This document shows, piece by piece, positions 19,028-28,726 of a DNA stretch of 39,859 bases (its first letter is position 1; each line of letters begins with the position of its first letter). The notes beneath the pieces were generated by a model. That model ran no database searches, was not told the DNA's origin, and worked only from the letters and a program-made list of their open reading frames with translations. A program made the position numbers and the translations under genes. The DNA is taken from assembly GCA_046582655.1 (NCBI GenBank), contig JAYGDX010000374.1, forward strand, positions 1-39,859, in the 5' to 3' direction. This DNA is from Candidatus Poribacteria bacterium (GTDB lineage Bacteria; Poribacteria; WGA-4E; UBA9662).

Positions 19028-20248
19028 ATGTTTCCTACCTCAGCAAATATCGTCATCATTGGTGGCGGCGTCCTAGGTGCAAGCGCCGCCTTTCAGTTAG
19101 CCAGAGATGGTCATCAAGACATTATATTGCTAGATCGCGGGCCGTTGGCTAGCGGTACAACCCCGTTTGCGGCAGGACAAACAGCTTATCTGTCAGCATC
19201 GCCAGATCGGTTGATGTTAATGACCTATTGCTTGGACTTTTTGGAAAATTTTGCAGATAGGACAGGATATCCGATTCATTTTAAGCAACATGGAAGCTTG
19301 CGTATTGCTTTGACTGAAGCCTATTTACCAGAGCTTGAAGCGCACCGAGTAGCTGCAGATCAGCTAGGACATGAGCTGAAATTCCTTACACCAGAAGAGG
19401 CCAAAGAATTAGTGCCGACCCTGGATGTCCCCGATGCCAAAGGCATTATCTTTATTGCCCGTGATGGCTATGTTGAACCGAAGTCAGTTGCCATTGGTTA
19501 TGCCTCAGCGGCGCGAGACTTAGGCGTAACCATTCAGACGCATACAAAAGTTGCCAATATTGAGGTTACAGAAGGGCAAGTCAAGGCTGTCTACACAAAC
19601 CGCGGCAAGATCCAAACAAAGCAGATTGTGGTAGCTGCGGGTGCCTGGACTCGGCAATTGGCTCAGCGATTTGGATTAGATATGCAAGTTGTGCCTGTGC
19701 GCCATCAAGCCTATGTGACAGCACCTCTCGAGGATGTTGCGCCTCGGCAGCCGATTGTGCGCCTCATTGAGCCACAGATTTATGTGCGTCCTGAAGCTGG
19801 CGGCCTACTGGTCGGTGGGTATGGTTATCGGCCTGTTAGTTTTAATATGGACGAATTCCCCGACCGTTTTGAAATAGCAGCGCTAGAACCTGATTTAATT
19901 TACTATAGCCGCTTACACAATGCAGCGACCACCTATTTCCCCACGTTGCGACAGGCCGCTGTTGTTCAAGAACGTCGCGGTTTGCCCACGATAACGCCGG
20001 ATGCCAAATACCTCGTCTCTACAGTGACTGAAGTTAAAGGGCTCATTATCGCTACGGGTTGTCAGGTTGGGGGAATACAGAGTTCCCCCGCGATTGGGCG
20101 GATGGTGGCTGATCTTATCTCCGGTCAGGATTATTTTGGTGTGTTATCAGCCTTTGCAGCTGATCGCTTTGAGTCGGTCTACAGCGATGCGCAACTACGT
20201 GATCAGTGCGAAACGGTTTATGGTAACTTATATCTACAGCCACATTAA
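19028..20248 (+). CDS. FAD-dependent oxidoreductase, DAO/sarcosine oxidase beta-like
   Basis: 'VIIGGGVLGAS' FAD motif, 'ASGTTPFAAG', 'DGYVEP', 'VVAAGAWT', 'TPDAKYLV', 'GIQSSPAIGRMVADLI'. Confidence 0.9.
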   Translation: MFPTSANIVIIGGGVLGASAAFQLARDGHQDIILLDRGPLASGTTPFAAGQTAYLSASPDRLMLMTYCLDFLENFADRTGYPIHFKQHGSLRIALTEAYLPELEAHRVAADQLGHELKFLTPEEAKELVPTLDVPDAKGIIFIARDGYVEPKSVAIGYASAARDLGVTIQTHTKVANIEVTEGQVKAVYTNRGKIQTKQIVVAAGAWTRQLAQRFGLDMQVVPVRHQAYVTAPLEDVAPRQPIVRLIEPQIYVRPEAGGLLVGGYGYRPVSFNMDEFPDRFEIAALEPDLIYYSRLHNAATTYFPTLRQAAVVQERRGLPTITPDAKYLVSTVTEVKGLIIATGCQVGGIQSSPAIGRMVADLISGQDYFGVLSAFAADRFESVYSDAQLRDQCETVYGNLYLQPH

Positions 20249-20420
20249 ATATGTTGAGACTAAACGTAATAATTCCCTGAATTTATTCAGATCTACAGGT
20301 GTGCTGGTGTCGTAAGATGCTCAGTTCATTCAAACGTTCTTTTAGTTGCTTCTGCTCCGAATTCTAGAAAATCATGTAGAGCGAGTTGTGGGATTTGCCA
20401 GTTTCTTTGTTCTATCAGTT

Positions 20421-20449
20421 TTGTCACCATTCAATAGCTTTCCTATAAT
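20421..20449 (+). promoter_or_regulatory. Sigma70-type promoter
   Basis: TTGTCA (20421-20426), 17 nt, TATAAT (20444-20449). Confidence 0.6.
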
Positions 20450-20537
20450 TTAAAATGTATGTTCTTTTGCTCTCTTTATATGGGATTGGTTGCTATGTGA
20501 TCATTGCTTTTTAGCAATATGAAGGAGGATAAGTATC

Positions 20538-20733
20538 ATGGTGACTTTTTCGCAATGGCCTTATGCAATGGATGCTACTTCTGAAGAGATAGACACGCTC
20601 ACCAATGGGTAACCCAATCCCTTTACCCCTGAGACCATGGATACCTTATCATTTGAGTCAAGATTCAGAAGTTGTGATTCCTATGATACCAGAGGAAGAA
20701 TAATTTGGACATTGGATATGGGGTTCCAGTCAT
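20538..20733 (+). pseudogene. Collapsed gene: 24-codon start fused to a FlgD-Ig/T9SS-type C-terminal domain remnant
   Basis: AAGGAGG SD at 20522-20528, then MVTFSQWPYAMDATSEEIDTLTNG* (20538-20612). Immediately followed, across two frameshifts, by 'PNPFTPET/WIPYHLSQDSEVVI/YDTRGRIIWTLDMGFQS'. Confidence 0.7.
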
Positions 20734-20830
20734 TATTTGTTTAGTTGTAAGGTTGGAAGCAATGGTTGATTGAAATACCCATGCCCCTACCAAAAACTGG
20801 GGGTAAGTCAGAATATTTAGGATTTTAGCA

Positions 20831-23800
20831 ATGAAGACAAATTTTCTGTTTCTTAGCTTGTTTCTAGCTAGTTCACTATGGGCATCTCCTAAAGTTCTTT
20901 TGTATCATTCGTTCGATGGAGTAATTGGTCAGCCTGATTATACATCAGGAAGGGTTGCTGTTGCCGCGGGCAAGGAATTGAATTTGCGCAAGCCGGCAAT
21001 TTCGGGCAAGGCAGCTTGGTTTGCAGAGGTAGCCTGTGAGGCATCACTAAGGATTGAGTTGGGTGGCTTGATGAGTGGCAGAACATGGACGGTGGCGCTT
21101 TGGCAGATTTTAGAAGTCAAGGAATGGCTTACGGCGCCGACAGACAACCTGATAACACTGCTCGATGCGGAAAACAAACCTATCATTAAGCTTTCCAAAA
21201 GTGGAGGGGTCTTCGTTTACGATGGGGATCGGGAGGTTTATCTGGATTGTTTTGATGCGCTCTACTGGGTACGTGGCAGCCGTGAGCACTTGACACTTAC
21301 ATGGGATGAGGGAGGTAACGGGGTTCCACAGCCGAGTGGCATCCTGCGGGCCTATTGGAAGGCACGGCCGTATGCGGGGTTGGCGATAGAGTTGAAGCGC
21401 CGTCCGGTGGCGCTTGAGATTGGTCAACCTATGGCTGCTCTGGGGGTGGATGAGTTATACGTACTCGATAGTGCTTTGAGCCTTAGGGCTATTTGGGAAT
21501 TGATGAGGTATGAAGGTGGGGACATGGCGGCCTTGGAAAAAAAACTGACCAAGCGCGAGCAGAGTGAAGCGGCCTGTCCGACGGCTGCAAGAATAGCAAG
21601 TTGGGCCAAACTGGTGCGAGAGGGACAACTCATCGAGGCGGAATCCAATCCAGGAGATGGCAAGGTAGTGATAAGCCCTGACGAAAAACCTGACGGGTAT
21701 GGACGCTTTTCTGCTCAGAACAGTCCGGCATCCACAGCCTCGGGCCGGGTGTGTGTAGTGTCGGGGGATAAGCCGTTGGTTTTCAAAGTGAACGTGGCCG
21801 AGGCGGGCGAGTATGCGCTGGCGTTGCGTTATGTGATGCAGCGGAGGATGCTTCCATTTTGGCCGCAGAATTCCAAGGCTAGGACGCCGTGGACGGAGAA
21901 CTTCGCCGAGGTGGAGATACGACTGGACGGCAAGTTGCTAGGCGGCGTGGAGCGTTTGTTTCCCACTGGATCGTGCTCAGGGCATCGCGGCGACGTGGAG
22001 CCGTGGGCATGGCACGCGCTGGGCGGTAGCCAAAAGGTGCGGCTGGCAGCGGGCGGGCACACGGTGAGCGTAGCGTTTAAAAAGGGAATTGCGAAGCCCA
22101 CGTATGATGTGTTGTTACTTTCCAAGGATGCTGGGCCGATGCCGGCGCATGCGCGCTGGGTGGACTTGTATCGCGTCCCGCCGGCGTGGTGGGTGGAGAG
22201 CAAGAAGACCGCTATCGCCAGCGGCAAACGAGTGGATACATACACGGTCACGCTGCGCAATCGCTGCGATGAACCATGCAGCTACGAGGTGATTGTCGAC
22301 AACGAGCGAGTGCGGCCGCAAGCCGTTTGCGCTAATGTGAATAGGATCGCTCTAGAGCCATTTGAGGAGAAGTCAATCCGAGTGATTTTCGAGTCCGACG
22401 TCAAACTGCAAAATCACTCGGGCTGGGCAAACATTTATCTCTGGAACGAGGACACGGCACTGCGGCAGAAGTATCGTTTGTGGAATCTCATCCCAGCGGA
22501 TTCTGTGGGTGTGATACAGCACCCGGTGCTATCGCCCTCACCAGATCCCGAGATGCAGGAGGCTCTACGACAATGGCTCAAGCGGCGCGATCCCAAGGTG
22601 TTCACGCCGCAGTTACGTGAGTGGACCCGTGCGCGCAACTACAGCCTCAGCGATGGGGCAGCACCGGTGCGAGGGTTTCCCCGGCCGTTTGCCGGTGACC
22701 GGCTGACGGTGCTGGACATGTGGATGAAGTTGAGTGGGGCACAGATTGAGCAGTATCTGCCGGATGGTCCTGCGGAGTACAATGGCTACGGCTCAGGATG
22801 GGAACGGGTGGGTGTGGAGTACTCAGGCGCATGGTACAAACAGCCCAAGGTGAAAAGCATCGATCCGACGGGCGACATTGACTTAGTCACCTCAATGACC
22901 GTCGAGGGCCCGCCGCAAAAGGGAAAGACGGAAATTTACACCAAGACCTACACGAAGGAGAAGGATCCCGACCTTATTAGCGCTGTGCGCGACTCGCGCT
23001 GGACAAGCATGATGGGCCACGGACTTTCTGGTGGTGCTCCGTATGGAGACACTCCACTGGGCCGCACAAGCCACGCGGGCATAACGTTACTGGCTGAAGC
23101 TTACTATCTCACCGGCGACAAGGCCTACGCGCGCAAGGCGTTTCAAATGCTGTGCATCTTCGCGCGCAAGTACACGGGGTTGACGAAGCATTTTTATCAT
23201 GTGTTGCACCGTGAGGACCGCGACTGGTGGGGTGGACGCGTCGGCGGGCGTTACCTGTCGAAGTTCGGCCCGCGCTATTACCACGCGATGGGCGTGTACA
23301 CGCTGGACCTCATCTGGGATGCGCTCACCCCAGCCGAGCGCACGCTCATTGAGCACAATGTGCTGCGCTGGGGCATGTACGAGGCTATGAGCGGGCCGCT
23401 CTTCGAGGAGCCGGCTTACTTCGCCGCCGTCAACAAGGAAGATATGCCCTTTCTGCCCATGGGTCGCATTCTCGGTGACCCGTCGCCCATCCAAGGGCTG
23501 AAGTTCTTTTACGATATTTTCAAGGACGTTGTTCTGGACGACGGCATACACCAATGCTCCCTTGGCAGCTACGGTGGTGTGAATACCTACGTCAGCTTCA
23601 TGGAAAAACTACACCGGCACGGCTTGGACGTTTCGGGAAACGTGGCGTTACGCAATGCTTTCCTTGCACATCCAAGCTTTATCTTTTCCGGCGGTGGTTT
23701 TCCCAATATAGGTGATGGTGGTGGTGTAGGTCTGAGCGGCCTAGGCGCCGGATTTGGCTGCCCGACCCTCAAGCAATATGCTTGGGCTAAGGAACTTTTT

Positions 23801-25018
23801 AGCGATCCTCAGTACGATCAATGGCCAAAATTGATCGCCGCTGCACAACGCGCGTTGAACGGTCCAGCGGAAAAGAAGGCGGAACGGATGCGGAAGGAAT
23901 ACCTCGAGGGTAACTTATCCGTAAGCAGGCTCTGGCCAGACTTATACATTGCGCCGGTCAAGGGCTTGGCTATGCTGCGCAATAAGACTGCCGCCGAGCC
24001 GGTCGACTGGAAAGAAGTCATCTTTGACTATGGTCTATTTGATGGCCGCACCCATGGGCACCCAGCCAAATTGCAGACCATCCCGTCGTTCAACGGCCAG
24101 ATTGTCTCGATGGAATATGGCTACGGTATGCACGGCAACCCCGTGGCTCACGGCTTCCACATGCGTAGCTACGCGCACAACGTCGTGGTGGCTGACGGCC
24201 AGGACCAGTTTCACGCCAGCAGCGCCGTGCCCGTGGGACGGCTGCGGGGTTCATACAGTGACCACAACGTGCAGTGGGTTGACGCGGAATCGACACGTAT
24301 CTATCAGGGCATCGAGATGCGCCGTACTTTGTTCGTCACGAACTTTGGCATTGTGGACCTGTACCTCTGTAGGTCCAGCACACGGCACCAGTACGACTGG
24401 ATGTATCATTCCTTCGGCGAGGCCAGCGTCTTGGGTCTGAAGCTTGCGAAAGTTAAACAACTCGCTGAGTCCGGACCACTAAAGTTTGGCCAAAACCCGC
24501 GTACCCACACCACTAATGGCATGGTACGGGTTCTCTGGGAAAACAAGCCATTGACCAAGCCCGCCAAGAAACAATCCACTGCTCTGTTGCACGAGAAAGC
24601 CTTGGTGAGGGTATGGGCATTACCAGCTAAGGACACGGCTGTAGCACTTTTCGGCATCCCGATGATCGAGTCGTGCGGCAACGAAATTGATTATTTTATG
24701 TTGCGTCGCAACGCCGAGGCTACCGTCTTCGCCACCGTGCAGGAGCCTTGGCGCGAATCAACCCAGCCCATGGTGGAGTCCATTCAAAGCCTGCATGTGA
24801 AGGCCAACAGCAAGCTGGTCGCCAATCATCAGGCCAGCGCCATGGAAGTCACCCTAAACGATGGCTCGCGAAGGGTGTACTTTGTCAACTACACATCTGA
24901 CACCAAGACCATCGGCAAAGTGAACACTAGCGCTGACGTAGCCACATGGGAAATCGACAAGAACGAAGCTATTCAAAATCCGAAACATACTCAAGGTCAC
25001 GACTTCAAAATCCGCTAA
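20831..25018 (+). CDS. Secreted multidomain heparinase II/III-family polysaccharide lyase
   Basis: Signal peptide; LamG-like N-domain ('LLYHSFDG...VDELYVLDSALS'); CBM6/35-like ('LIEAES...NVAEAGEYALALRY'); Ig-like segment; toroid 'LAEAYYLTGDKAYARKA'; Hepar_II_III motifs 'FDYG...THGHP' and 'YAHNVVVADG'. Confidence 0.8.
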   Translation: MKTNFLFLSLFLASSLWASPKVLLYHSFDGVIGQPDYTSGRVAVAAGKELNLRKPAISGKAAWFAEVACEASLRIELGGLMSGRTWTVALWQILEVKEWLTAPTDNLITLLDAENKPIIKLSKSGGVFVYDGDREVYLDCFDALYWVRGSREHLTLTWDEGGNGVPQPSGILRAYWKARPYAGLAIELKRRPVALEIGQPMAALGVDELYVLDSALSLRAIWELMRYEGGDMAALEKKLTKREQSEAACPTAARIASWAKLVREGQLIEAESNPGDGKVVISPDEKPDGYGRFSAQNSPASTASGRVCVVSGDKPLVFKVNVAEAGEYALALRYVMQRRMLPFWPQNSKARTPWTENFAEVEIRLDGKLLGGVERLFPTGSCSGHRGDVEPWAWHALGGSQKVRLAAGGHTVSVAFKKGIAKPTYDVLLLSKDAGPMPAHARWVDLYRVPPAWWVESKKTAIASGKRVDTYTVTLRNRCDEPCSYEVIVDNERVRPQAVCANVNRIALEPFEEKSIRVIFESDVKLQNHSGWANIYLWNEDTALRQKYRLWNLIPADSVGVIQHPVLSPSPDPEMQEALRQWLKRRDPKVFTPQLREWTRARNYSLSDGAAPVRGFPRPFAGDRLTVLDMWMKLSGAQIEQYLPDGPAEYNGYGSGWERVGVEYSGAWYKQPKVKSIDPTGDIDLVTSMTVEGPPQKGKTEIYTKTYTKEKDPDLISAVRDSRWTSMMGHGLSGGAPYGDTPLGRTSHAGITLLAEAYYLTGDKAYARKAFQMLCIFARKYTGLTKHFYHVLHREDRDWWGGRVGGRYLSKFGPRYYHAMGVYTLDLIWDALTPAERTLIEHNVLRWGMYEAMSGPLFEEPAYFAAVNKEDMPFLPMGRILGDPSPIQGLKFFYDIFKDVVLDDGIHQCSLGSYGGVNTYVSFMEKLHRHGLDVSGNVALRNAFLAHPSFIFSGGGFPNIGDGGGVGLSGLGAGFGCPTLKQYAWAKELFSDPQYDQWPKLIAAAQRALNGPAEKKAERMRKEYLEGNLSVSRLWPDLYIAPVKGLAMLRNKTAAEPVDWKEVIFDYGLFDGRTHGHPAKLQTIPSFNGQIVSMEYGYGMHGNPVAHGFHMRSYAHNVVVADGQDQFHASSAVPVGRLRGSYSDHNVQWVDAESTRIYQGIEMRRTLFVTNFGIVDLYLCRSSTRHQYDWMYHSFGEASVLGLKLAKVKQLAESGPLKFGQNPRTHTTNGMVRVLWENKPLTKPAKKQSTALLHEKALVRVWALPAKDTAVALFGIPMIESCGNEIDYFMLRRNAEATVFATVQEPWRESTQPMVESIQSLHVKANSKLVANHQASAMEVTLNDGSRRVYFVNYTSDTKTIGKVNTSADVATWEIDKNEAIQNPKHTQGHDFKIR

Positions 25019-25167
25019 CTTTTGCAATTGGTCGCAACATTATTCAGTAATTTCTGGATTTCAAGCAGTAGACATTGCAAAATAAGCACTTAAGAACTGA
25101 ATTGTCTGTTGAGTCTAATCTTGAGGTTAACTGACTATGCTGATGTCCTGTAGAATGGCTATTAACA

Positions 25168-25350
25168 CATGGGAGGTCATGAGAGGCAATACTACGTCCT
25201 ATTATACCATCCAACTCCTCATCTGAACGGTATGGTGATTCCGGATATGCATGCTTAGAGGTTTTGCCAGACGGCACATTCGTTTACACCGCCTACGTTG
25301 TCCGCATGCTGAGTGAGGAGAATTCGGTCATCAGCATGCGGACAACGTAG
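25168..25350 (+). pseudogene. C-terminal remnant of a BNR/sialidase-type protein
   Basis: 'GGHERQYYVLL', then shifted 'YGDSGYACLEVLPDGTFVYTAYVV...EENSVISMR', matching the terminal 'D.GY..LE.LPDGTFV.T.Y' blade. Confidence 0.55.
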
Positions 25351-25382
25351 GCGATTGATTTGATCATGCAACACGTTTTGGA

Positions 25383-26636
25383 GTGAATATGGAAATCCGT
25401 GCATCGAAAGAGAGTGAATTTGAAGAAATCATTAACCTGATATGTACCGTATTTGTGGAAAAATGTAGACCTCGGTATGCCAGTCAGATTTATCATGATT
25501 CGAGTTTTCAACTGCATCAGTCACGAGTCTGCGTTGTCGATGGAAAGGTTGTCAGCCACGTTCGCGTATCAGACAGAGCAATTCACATCGGGCGTTCTGT
25601 TGTGAGGCTCGGAGGCATTGGAATGGTTGCGACTTTACCAGAGTATCGGCGGCAGGGTTATGCCTCAGCTTTGATGCAGGATTCGATTGCCTACATGGAG
25701 GCAATCGGCTACGAGCTCAGTTTGCTTTTTACCGCTATCCAGCCATTTTATACGAAGTTTGGGTGGGCGACTTTTCCACAGACGAACTTTGAGTTAGAAC
25801 TTCGCGTCAAAAAACAGTTTGAGCCATCATCATGGATAGCTCGGCCGTTTGATGTCGAAAGGGATTTGACACAGATCAGCCAGATTTATGATGAAAACAG
25901 TAAGGCTCGCGCAGGGACGGTTCTGCGTTCTGAGGGGTATTGGCGAGACGAATATTCGCGTCAAGTCGGCATCTTACCCTCACTTGTCGTCGAAAAGGAC
26001 GGGACAATCGGCGCATACGCAAATTTCGGATTTCCGACAGATTCGGATGGAATGGACGCATTTTTGGCAACGTATTATCCGAATCTTCGGGAAGTCGGCT
26101 ATCGAAGTCAACACCCCGATAGCCTCCTTGCACTCTGCCACGCGGTTCTTGTCTCTACTCGTGAAAGAGACCTAACCAGCATTTCGGGACGTTTACACAG
26201 GCATCATCCGCTAATAGCCTTGTTAAGTGAAGAGAGTGGGAGCCAGCCATCTTTTTCCATCACAGAAGGGGCAATGTACCGCATCGTCTTGCTGTATTCG
26301 CTCCTCCAGAAGATGATTCCTGAATTCGAGGCAAGATTGGAAAGTCGTCGAGAAGATCCTACGCCTACTTCATTTTGTTTCATTCTCGAAAACCAAGTCT
26401 GTACGCTAAAGGTGAATCATGGAAAGGTTACTGTCATGGATGATAATAGCGGGCGAACAAAGGTGCAGATTGATACGCATCGTTTCCTAAAGGTGCTTTT
26501 TGGGGATGCGACATTTGGTCAGTTAGAGGAATTGAACCGCTTCAAAGAGCTCCGGCTCGAACCTTATGAAATAGCAACCCTTGACGCACTTTTCCCGAAG
26601 GGTGAGCCAATGCACTGGATCTGTGACTATTTTTAG
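25383..26636 (+). CDS. Eis-like GNAT acetyltransferase (tandem GNAT plus SCP2-like C-terminal domain)
   Basis: 'RLGGIGMVATLPEYRRQGYASALM' (acetyl-CoA motif A), 'FYTKFGW', 417 aa, C-terminal 'LFPKGEPMHWICDYF'. Start may be ATG at 25389. Confidence 0.88.
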   Translation: MNMEIRASKESEFEEIINLICTVFVEKCRPRYASQIYHDSSFQLHQSRVCVVDGKVVSHVRVSDRAIHIGRSVVRLGGIGMVATLPEYRRQGYASALMQDSIAYMEAIGYELSLLFTAIQPFYTKFGWATFPQTNFELELRVKKQFEPSSWIARPFDVERDLTQISQIYDENSKARAGTVLRSEGYWRDEYSRQVGILPSLVVEKDGTIGAYANFGFPTDSDGMDAFLATYYPNLREVGYRSQHPDSLLALCHAVLVSTRERDLTSISGRLHRHHPLIALLSEESGSQPSFSITEGAMYRIVLLYSLLQKMIPEFEARLESRREDPTPTSFCFILENQVCTLKVNHGKVTVMDDNSGRTKVQIDTHRFLKVLFGDATFGQLEELNRFKELRLEPYEIATLDALFPKGEPMHWICDYF

Positions 26637-26837
26637 GTTATGAACGCAAAAGTCGACATTCCGAAAACATAGCCTGTATCGCCAGAATTCAATTGACGCT
26701 CAAATGCCTCTAACTTCTTTCAAACAGGTTCCAAGCGTTAATCAAATCCTACCTGTCAAAATTCCCCATTACGCCAAAGTTGGAAATTTCTTTTTATTGG
26801 GTAACAGGAAGGTTTTCAGACAACACATCTTAATCTG

Positions 26838-27605
26838 CTAAAAAGAAATATTGTCAAGAACGTGACGGCAGGATGTTGTAAGGAAAGGCTCGTCCCCACC
26901 AACCAAGATTAAGCGAAAACCCGATTGCATGTGACGGATCGCCGAAGTTGGATCGAGAGGCGAACCGTAGACGCCAATACCAGCGGGCTTTCCGACTTGT
27001 TCAGCAGCTTCAAGTGTTCTCTGTAAAGCTTGCTGGAATTTTCTGTTTTCATAGTCAAAAGGAACATTAAGCGAGATGGAGAGATCAACAGGACCTACGA
27101 TAAATGAATCCACTCCATCTACAGCTAGGATCTCTTCAATATTCTCTATTGCTTCAGCCGACTCAATAATGGGAATATACATCACCTGACTATTAATTTC
27201 GGTAGTGTATGTTTCGCTAGCTAGTCCATACTTCGCGGCACGATGAGGCCCCCATCCACGAATACCATCAGGTGGATACCTACAGGCTGAAGTGCCCTCT
27301 CCCGCTTCTCCAGCAGTATTGATGGAAGGAACAACCACTCCCATTGCGCCCATATCCAAATAGAGTTTGATTAAATCTGGATCGTTCTTTGCCGTGCGCA
27401 CGATAGAAGTCGCCTCGGTGCAACCGACGCCTTGTAATTGAGCTTGCACAGACGTTTGCGTTTGCGGGGCATGCTCAGTATCAATTAAAACCCAGTCAAA
27501 TCCAGCTGCACCGAAAAGTTCAGCTATAGCAGGCACACCAAATCGGAGTTGTGCACCAATAGCTACTTTCCCTGTTTCTAACAATTCCTTTAAACGATTT
27601 CTCAT
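26838..27605 (-). CDS. HpcH/HpaI (GarL-like) class II aldolase
   Basis: 'GFDWVLIDTEHAP', 'LDMGAMGVVVP', 'YPPDGIRGWG', 'IIESAEAIENIEEILAVDGVD.FIVGPVDLS'. Confidence 0.93.
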   Translation of the reverse strand: MRNRLKELLETGKVAIGAQLRFGVPAIAELFGAAGFDWVLIDTEHAPQTQTSVQAQLQGVGCTEATSIVRTAKNDPDLIKLYLDMGAMGVVVPSINTAGEAGEGTSACRYPPDGIRGWGPHRAAKYGLASETYTTEINSQVMYIPIIESAEAIENIEEILAVDGVDSFIVGPVDLSISLNVPFDYENRKFQQALQRTLEAAEQVGKPAGIGVYGSPLDPTSAIRHMQSGFRLILVGGDEPFLTTSCRHVLDNISF

Positions 27606-27628
27606 GCCAAAAAATCCTCAATAACAGT

Positions 27629-28432
27629 TCAGGCTGATTCAAAGAATCCCAGTTCACTCATTCGATTAATCCATCTCTGACGCTTAGGGTTTCCCTCTGC
27701 ATTGGCTATCCAATGTGGATGATAGAGCGGATCTTCAGGTCGTTGAAACTGGGTTGGTGTTTGAGCGTTTCTGCCAGCACGATCACGGGTCGCTTCTTCT
27801 TCTTCCGGTGTCTTAGGGTTATTGTAATAAACCACAGTACACATTCGGCGGTCAATCGCCCCTCCCCAACTCGCATGCCAGCACCGCATATCAAAGGCAA
27901 CTACATCGCTCGGCCCCAATTCGCAAACGTAAGCAGGAACATCACAAATCTCAAACCCGAACTTGTCCAGATTTTCCCGCAGGTCGTCGTGCAGAGGGTT
28001 CTTATGCGAACCTGGAATCAGCCGCAATGCACCGTTTTCGGCACCGACCGGTTCGAGATAGTAGGCGAATTTGACTCCGTAGCAATCAACAATCGGATCG
28101 ACATGGTGGTCTGGATGCCAATTGGTATTGCCGACGTAGCGATTGGCATCACAACCCATCCCCATGACATCTTCGCCATAGAGTTGTTCGGCCACCTGAC
28201 AAAATCTTGAATCCTCCAGTAGATGAGCAAAAAAAGGTGTTTCCGGGCCCATCATGGTGGTCCAATGTCTACAGGTCCCGTCGAATGGATTATCAAAGTA
28301 TGCCTTTTCTAAACCACGCTTAAATTCGGTGTTGATAATTTGCAATTCTTCTTGGCCAAACAACTGTGGAAGGATCAAAAATCCGAATGTTTGAAAGTGT
28401 TTGTATTGTTGTTCTATAAGCATATATTGCAC
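27629..28432 (-). CDS. Phytanoyl-CoA dioxygenase (PhyH) family protein
   Basis: 'FQTFGFL', HxD 'WHPDH', 'GALRLIPGSH', 'WHASWGG..RR'; 23 nt upstream of the aldolase, likely one operon. Confidence 0.9.
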   Translation of the reverse strand: MQYMLIEQQYKHFQTFGFLILPQLFGQEELQIINTEFKRGLEKAYFDNPFDGTCRHWTTMMGPETPFFAHLLEDSRFCQVAEQLYGEDVMGMGCDANRYVGNTNWHPDHHVDPIVDCYGVKFAYYLEPVGAENGALRLIPGSHKNPLHDDLRENLDKFGFEICDVPAYVCELGPSDVVAFDMRCWHASWGGAIDRRMCTVVYYNNPKTPEEEEATRDRAGRNAQTPTQFQRPEDPLYHPHWIANAEGNPKRQRWINRMSELGFFESA

Positions 28433-28480
28433 TCTGTTTCCTGCAATTAGTTTCTTAGACTAGAATATTCTATTGTCAGG

Positions 28481-28507
28481 AAAAAAGCCAGACGTTGCTG
28501 GTTTTTT
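28481..28507. terminator. Bidirectional intrinsic-terminator-like hairpin
   Basis: AAAAAAGCCAG-acgttg-CTGGTTTTTT: short GC stem flanked by A and T tracts. Confidence 0.5.
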
Positions 28508-28665
28508 ATCATCTATGTCTAGAAATTGTCTATATTAAGCAGGGCAGTCGTAGAAATCGGAGCAAGTATGTCACAGATGCTGAGAGGCTAACCCTCCCCT
28601 CCCAAATCCAGACGTCCTTTATATTCTAGGTGTTATTGCTTATTAGGTGGTAATTGCTGATCAGT

Positions 28666-28694
28666 TTGACAGGCATTAGCAATTGACGTAATAT
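28666..28694 (+). promoter_or_regulatory. Sigma70-type promoter for ORF 28727
   Basis: TTGACA (28666-28671), 17 nt, TAATAT (28689-28694); AGGAG SD follows. Confidence 0.6.
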
Positions 28695-28726
28695 GAGTAT
28701 CAGTCAGTCTTTTTAGGAGATCAAGC

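Noticed and set aside
28557..28600. TPP-riboswitch-like 'GGAGCA...TGCTGAGAG...ACCC'
   Set aside because: The second half (GAACCTGAT...TAAT...GCGNAGG) is absent and no thiamine gene follows.
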